DNA of 64,000 nt from assembly GCA_024236495.1 (NCBI GenBank), contig JACKKJ010000004.1, positions 201,783 through 265,782 of the forward strand. The letters run 5' to 3'. Within the stretch, counting starts at the first letter, position 1. Every line of letters begins with the position of its first letter. The notes below the pieces were generated by a model. It was not told the DNA's origin. It made no database searches and saw nothing but the letters and a program-made list of their open reading frames with translations. The position numbers were made by a program, and so were the translations under genes. Positions 60,933-64,000 of this stretch are shown one piece after another. Source of the DNA: Paracoccaceae bacterium (GTDB taxonomy: Bacteria; Pseudomonadota; Alphaproteobacteria; Rhodobacterales; Rhodobacteraceae).

Positions 60933-60967
60933 GGCCCGCCCGCGCCGCCGATGCGCGCGGGCGGGCC
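60933..60967 (-). terminator. Intercistronic stem-loop after chvE
   Basis: GGCCCGCCCGCGC...GCGCGGGCGGGCC; no U-tract, consistent with mRNA stabilisation. Confidence 0.55.
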
Positions 60968-60979
60968 ACCTTGCCTGGA

Positions 60980-62035
60980 TTACTGGATCTGGTCCATCGT
61001 GTAGTAGCCGGAACCGATCAGCACCTCTTCCCAGTTCGTCACGTCGACAGAGACCGGTTCGAGAAGGTAGGAGGGAACGACCTTCACGCCGTTGTCATAG
61101 GTCGAGGTGTCGTTGATCTCCGGCGTGCCTCCCTTGAGCAGCGCGTCGACCATGCCGACGGTGACGCCGGCCAGAGACCGGGTGTCCTTGAAGACGGTCG
61201 AATACTGTTCGCCCGCCAGCATCGACTTGACCGAGGGAACCTCGGCGTCCTGGCCGGTGACGATCGGCATCTTCATGTCGCCGGACCCGTAGCCCACGCC
61301 CTTGAGCGAGGACAGGATGCCGATGGACAGGCCGTCGTAGGGGCTGAGCACGCCGTGCACCTGCTTGTCGGTGTAGTTGGCCGACAGGAGGTTATCCATG
61401 CGGGACTGCGCGACGGCGCCGTCCCAGCGCAGCGTGCCGACCGTGTCCATGCCCATCTGGCCGGACCCGATCACGATGTCGCCCGCGTCGATCATCGGCT
61501 GCAGGACGCTCATCGCGCCGTTGTAGAAGAAGTAGGCGTTGTTGTCGTCGGGCGATCCGCCGAACAGTTCGACATTCCAGGGCTTCTGGTCGCCGAAGCG
61601 TTCGTTCAGCCCCTTGACGAGGCTTTCGGCCTGCTGGACGCCGACCTTGAAGTTGTCGAAGGTGGCGTAGTAGTCGACATTGCCGCTGTCACGGATCAGG
61701 CGGTCATAGGCGATGACCTTGATGTCGGCGGCGGCGGCGTTTTCCAGCGCGTTCGACAGCGTCGTGCCGTCGATCGCCGCGATCACCAGGACGTCGACAC
61801 CCTTGGTGATCATGTTCTCGATCTGCGCAAGCTGGTTCGGAATGTCGTCTTCGGCATATTGCAGATCGGTCTCGTAGCCGGCGGCGGCGAATTGCTCGAC
61901 CATCGAATTGCCGTCCGAAATCCACCGCGCCGAGGATTTCGTGGGCATCGCGATGCCGACGGTTCCGTCGGCGAACGCGCCGGTCGCGAGGGCGATCGTC
62001 GCGGTCGCGGTCGCCAGGAAAGTCCGAAGTTTCAT
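60980..62035 (-). CDS. chvE: Periplasmic multiple-sugar-binding protein
   Basis: Signal peptide, [45 protein letters not shown]. Confidence 0.92.
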   Translation of the reverse strand: MKLRTFLATATATIALATGAFADGTVGIAMPTKSSARWISDGNSMVEQFAAAGYETDLQYAEDDIPNQLAQIENMITKGVDVLVIAAIDGTTLSNALENAAAADIKVIAYDRLIRDSGNVDYYATFDNFKVGVQQAESLVKGLNERFGDQKPWNVELFGGSPDDNNAYFFYNGAMSVLQPMIDAGDIVIGSGQMGMDTVGTLRWDGAVAQSRMDNLLSANYTDKQVHGVLSPYDGLSIGILSSLKGVGYGSGDMKMPIVTGQDAEVPSVKSMLAGEQYSTVFKDTRSLAGVTVGMVDALLKGGTPEINDTSTYDNGVKVVPSYLLEPVSVDVTNWEEVLIGSGYYTMDQIQ

Positions 62036-62132
62036 GTGTTCCTCCACATTGAATGCAGTCCGACGAAGCTTCGTGGACGCGCGGGACAAAATTATGAGGG
62101 GCCTCCAACCCAGGTTCCGGTTAATCAAGGCT

Positions 62133-62186
62133 TTCATATCATTCAAATCTGATTATTGATTGAGTGCATACCCTAATTGATATGAA
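62133..62186. promoter_or_regulatory. AT-rich divergent control region with inverted repeat (probable LysR sites)
   Basis: TTCATATCA (62133) ... TGATATGAA (62178) inverted repeat; CATA-N10-TATG. Confidence 0.6.
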
Positions 62187-62196
62187 GGTTGTTGGC

Positions 62197-63114
62197 ATGA
62201 CCCTTGCCCAGAGGCTGAAAGCGCCGCATCTGCGACTGATCCTGAAGATTGCCGAAACCGGTCAGCTTCAGATCGCGGCAAGCACGCTGGCCATGTCGCA
62301 GCCGGCCGCCTCGCGCATCCTGGCCGAGATCGAAGCGGGGACGGGATCGCCGCTGTTCGTGCGCCACCCCAAGGGGATGGAGCCGACGCCCGTCGGCGAG
62401 GCCTTTGTGAAACATGCACGCGCCATCCTGGCCGAGTTCCAGAACCTTGAATCCGAGGTTGAAGGCATCAGCCTTGGCAATGCCGGTGAGGTTCGCGTGG
62501 GGTCGGTGACCGGCCCCGCAGTCGGATGCCTTGTTCCGGCGATCCTCGAGATCAAGAAGAAGGCGCCCGGCATCGAACTGACGGTCGAGGTCGGACCTTC
62601 CGCCGCGCTGGTTCGGGGGCTGGGCGAGGGGCGTTTCGACTTCGTCATCGGCCGCCTGCCGCCCGACCAGGACAGCCGGGCCTACCGGGTGCTGCCGGCG
62701 CGCCTTGAGGTCGTGTCGCTCGTCGTGCGAAAATCACACCCGCTGGCGGGGCGCAGGCAGGTTCCGCTTGCCGATGTCTTCGACTACGACTGTGTGATCC
62801 AGGAACGCGGCACGCCGATCCGGCAGGCGGTGGAGAACGCGTTTCATGCGGCCGGCCTGTCCATGCCGCCGAGGATCACGAATACCTCTTCGCTTCTCGT
62901 GATGCTTGCCATGGTCGAAAGATCCGACGCTATCGCCACGCTGAGCGAGGAGGTCGCGGGCCTGCTGACGCGCGACTCGATCGGGGCCAGGCTCGTACCG
63001 CTGGATCTGGCCCAGACCATCACCGTATCGCCCTATTTCATCATCCAGAACCGGATGCAGCAGTTGACACGCGCGGCGTCGCGCGTGCTGGAGGAGATCC
63101 TGTCGCGCTTGTGA
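62197..63114 (+). CDS. LysR-family regulator (GbpR-like), divergent from chvE
   Basis: HTH motif AA..L.MSQPAASR.L.EIE...G.PLF.R. Confidence 0.9.
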   Translation: MTLAQRLKAPHLRLILKIAETGQLQIAASTLAMSQPAASRILAEIEAGTGSPLFVRHPKGMEPTPVGEAFVKHARAILAEFQNLESEVEGISLGNAGEVRVGSVTGPAVGCLVPAILEIKKKAPGIELTVEVGPSAALVRGLGEGRFDFVIGRLPPDQDSRAYRVLPARLEVVSLVVRKSHPLAGRRQVPLADVFDYDCVIQERGTPIRQAVENAFHAAGLSMPPRITNTSSLLVMLAMVERSDAIATLSEEVAGLLTRDSIGARLVPLDLAQTITVSPYFIIQNRMQQLTRAASRVLEEILSRL

Positions 63115-63123
63115 CCGGTGGCT

Positions 63124-63999
63124 TTAGGCCGCGGTTCCCGGTTCTTCCGCGAGCCGGGTCAGCAGTTCCACCTGCTGTGTCGCCCTGCGTCGGAGCAAGG
63201 CGCGATCCTCACGCGGACTTGCCTTGGCGTCGTTGATCTTGATGACGCAGAAGGAGACGTTGTCCTGTTGCGGATCGTCAGCCTTGAGAACCTCGTCCAG
63301 GAGGTTTTCGGCGATCTCGGAGGCGCGCTTGCGCCGGTACTTGTTCAGCAGCCTTTCGATCTGTGCGTCCGGCAAGACCTGCATGCCATCCGACCCGCAA
63401 AGCAGGATATCCCCGGTCTGAAGCTGCTCGGGTTTCTCGGGGCAGTCGATCTTTGCGATCTTGCCGCCCATCAGCGCCGAGACAAGGCAGTTGCGGTCCG
63501 GGTGGTTCTGCGCGGCCTCGGGCGACAGCATGCCGGCCTTGGCCATCATGTCGATCTGCGGCGCAAGGGAATGGTCGGCGTTCAACTGCGTCAGCTTGCC
63601 GTTGCGAAGACGATAAAGCGGCGAGTCCCCGATCGAAAGCCAGTAGAGCCGGTTTTCGTTGATGATCGGGACTACCAGCGTGGACCCCATGCCCTTGGTT
63701 TCGGGCACGAGGGCGATGCGTTCTCGAATGGAGGCATTCGCCTTCTGTGCGATTTCGCCAAGTATCCTGTGTGCGTCGGCTTCGAACGCATCGACGTCGG
63801 CGTAGTGGAATTTCAGCTCGCTGTAGACCGTGGTCAGGACCAGCTTGCTTGCCACGTCGCCCGCGGCATGTCCGCCCATGCCGTCCGCGACGACGACAAA
63901 GCCTGAATCCGCACCGACAAGGAAATCGCTGGTGATCGCGTCTTCCTGATAGCTCCTGGCACCCATGCTGATCGCCGAGGCGACGTCAAAGCGCGGTTC
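63124..63999 (-). CDS. PP2C-family Ser/Thr protein phosphatase (5' end beyond window)
   Basis: R.YQED, VADGMGGHAAG, IGDSPLY, GSDG, DNVS; frame open to the window edge. Confidence 0.9.
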   Translation of the reverse strand, partial: EPRFDVASAISMGARSYQEDAITSDFLVGADSGFVVVADGMGGHAAGDVASKLVLTTVYSELKFHYADVDAFEADAHRILGEIAQKANASIRERIALVPETKGMGSTLVVPIINENRLYWLSIGDSPLYRLRNGKLTQLNADHSLAPQIDMMAKAGMLSPEAAQNHPDRNCLVSALMGGKIAKIDCPEKPEQLQTGDILLCGSDGMQVLPDAQIERLLNKYRRKRASEIAENLLDEVLKADDPQQDNVSFCVIKINDAKASPREDRALLRRRATQQVELLTRLAEEPGTAA

Positions 64000-64000
64000 G

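Noticed and set aside
58742-62152. 1136-aa + strand ORF
   Set aside because: Antisense shadow of chvE-gguA-gguB; stop-poor because of high-GC codon bias; no recognisable motifs.

Overview
High-GC alphaproteobacterial chromosome segment; gene content and order point to Rhodobacteraceae (inference). Most of it is core genome: the 3' end of class II RNR nrdJ, ilvB/ilvN with a Leu/Ile/Val leader-peptide attenuator, a keto-acid-type TRAP system, bpt/ate, glnE, edd-eda, an RlmI-like methyltransferase plus PIN gene, a MoxR-GNAT-DUF2927-small TM-VWA-DedA-M48 gene string divergent from dksA, xth, erpA-like, dgt-argS-SPOR-nagZ-scpAB, dcd, tRNA-Pro(GGG), ihfA-fabH-plsX-rpmF-yceD, bamE, msrB, an aminolipid N-acyltransferase, a metF/split methyltransferase cluster and ppx-rlmE. 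It ends with a complete oxidative L-arabinose cluster (chvE-gguAB, LysR) and a truncated PP2C phosphatase. I found no CRISPR array, transposase, integrase, prophage or recognisable defence system. The best leads for something undescribed are: the translationally coupled MoxR/VWA envelope operon, including a 55-aa gene missing from the ORF track; a G-rich tandem repeat over the M48 promoter; a stand-alone degenerate Hint gene with a ~750-bp lower-GC upstream region; a multi-hairpin RNA 3' of nrdJ; an EEISWGQ-motif membrane gene splitting ilvB from ilvN; and a dispersed REP-like repeat (4 copies). All family calls come from motif recognition, not database searches.
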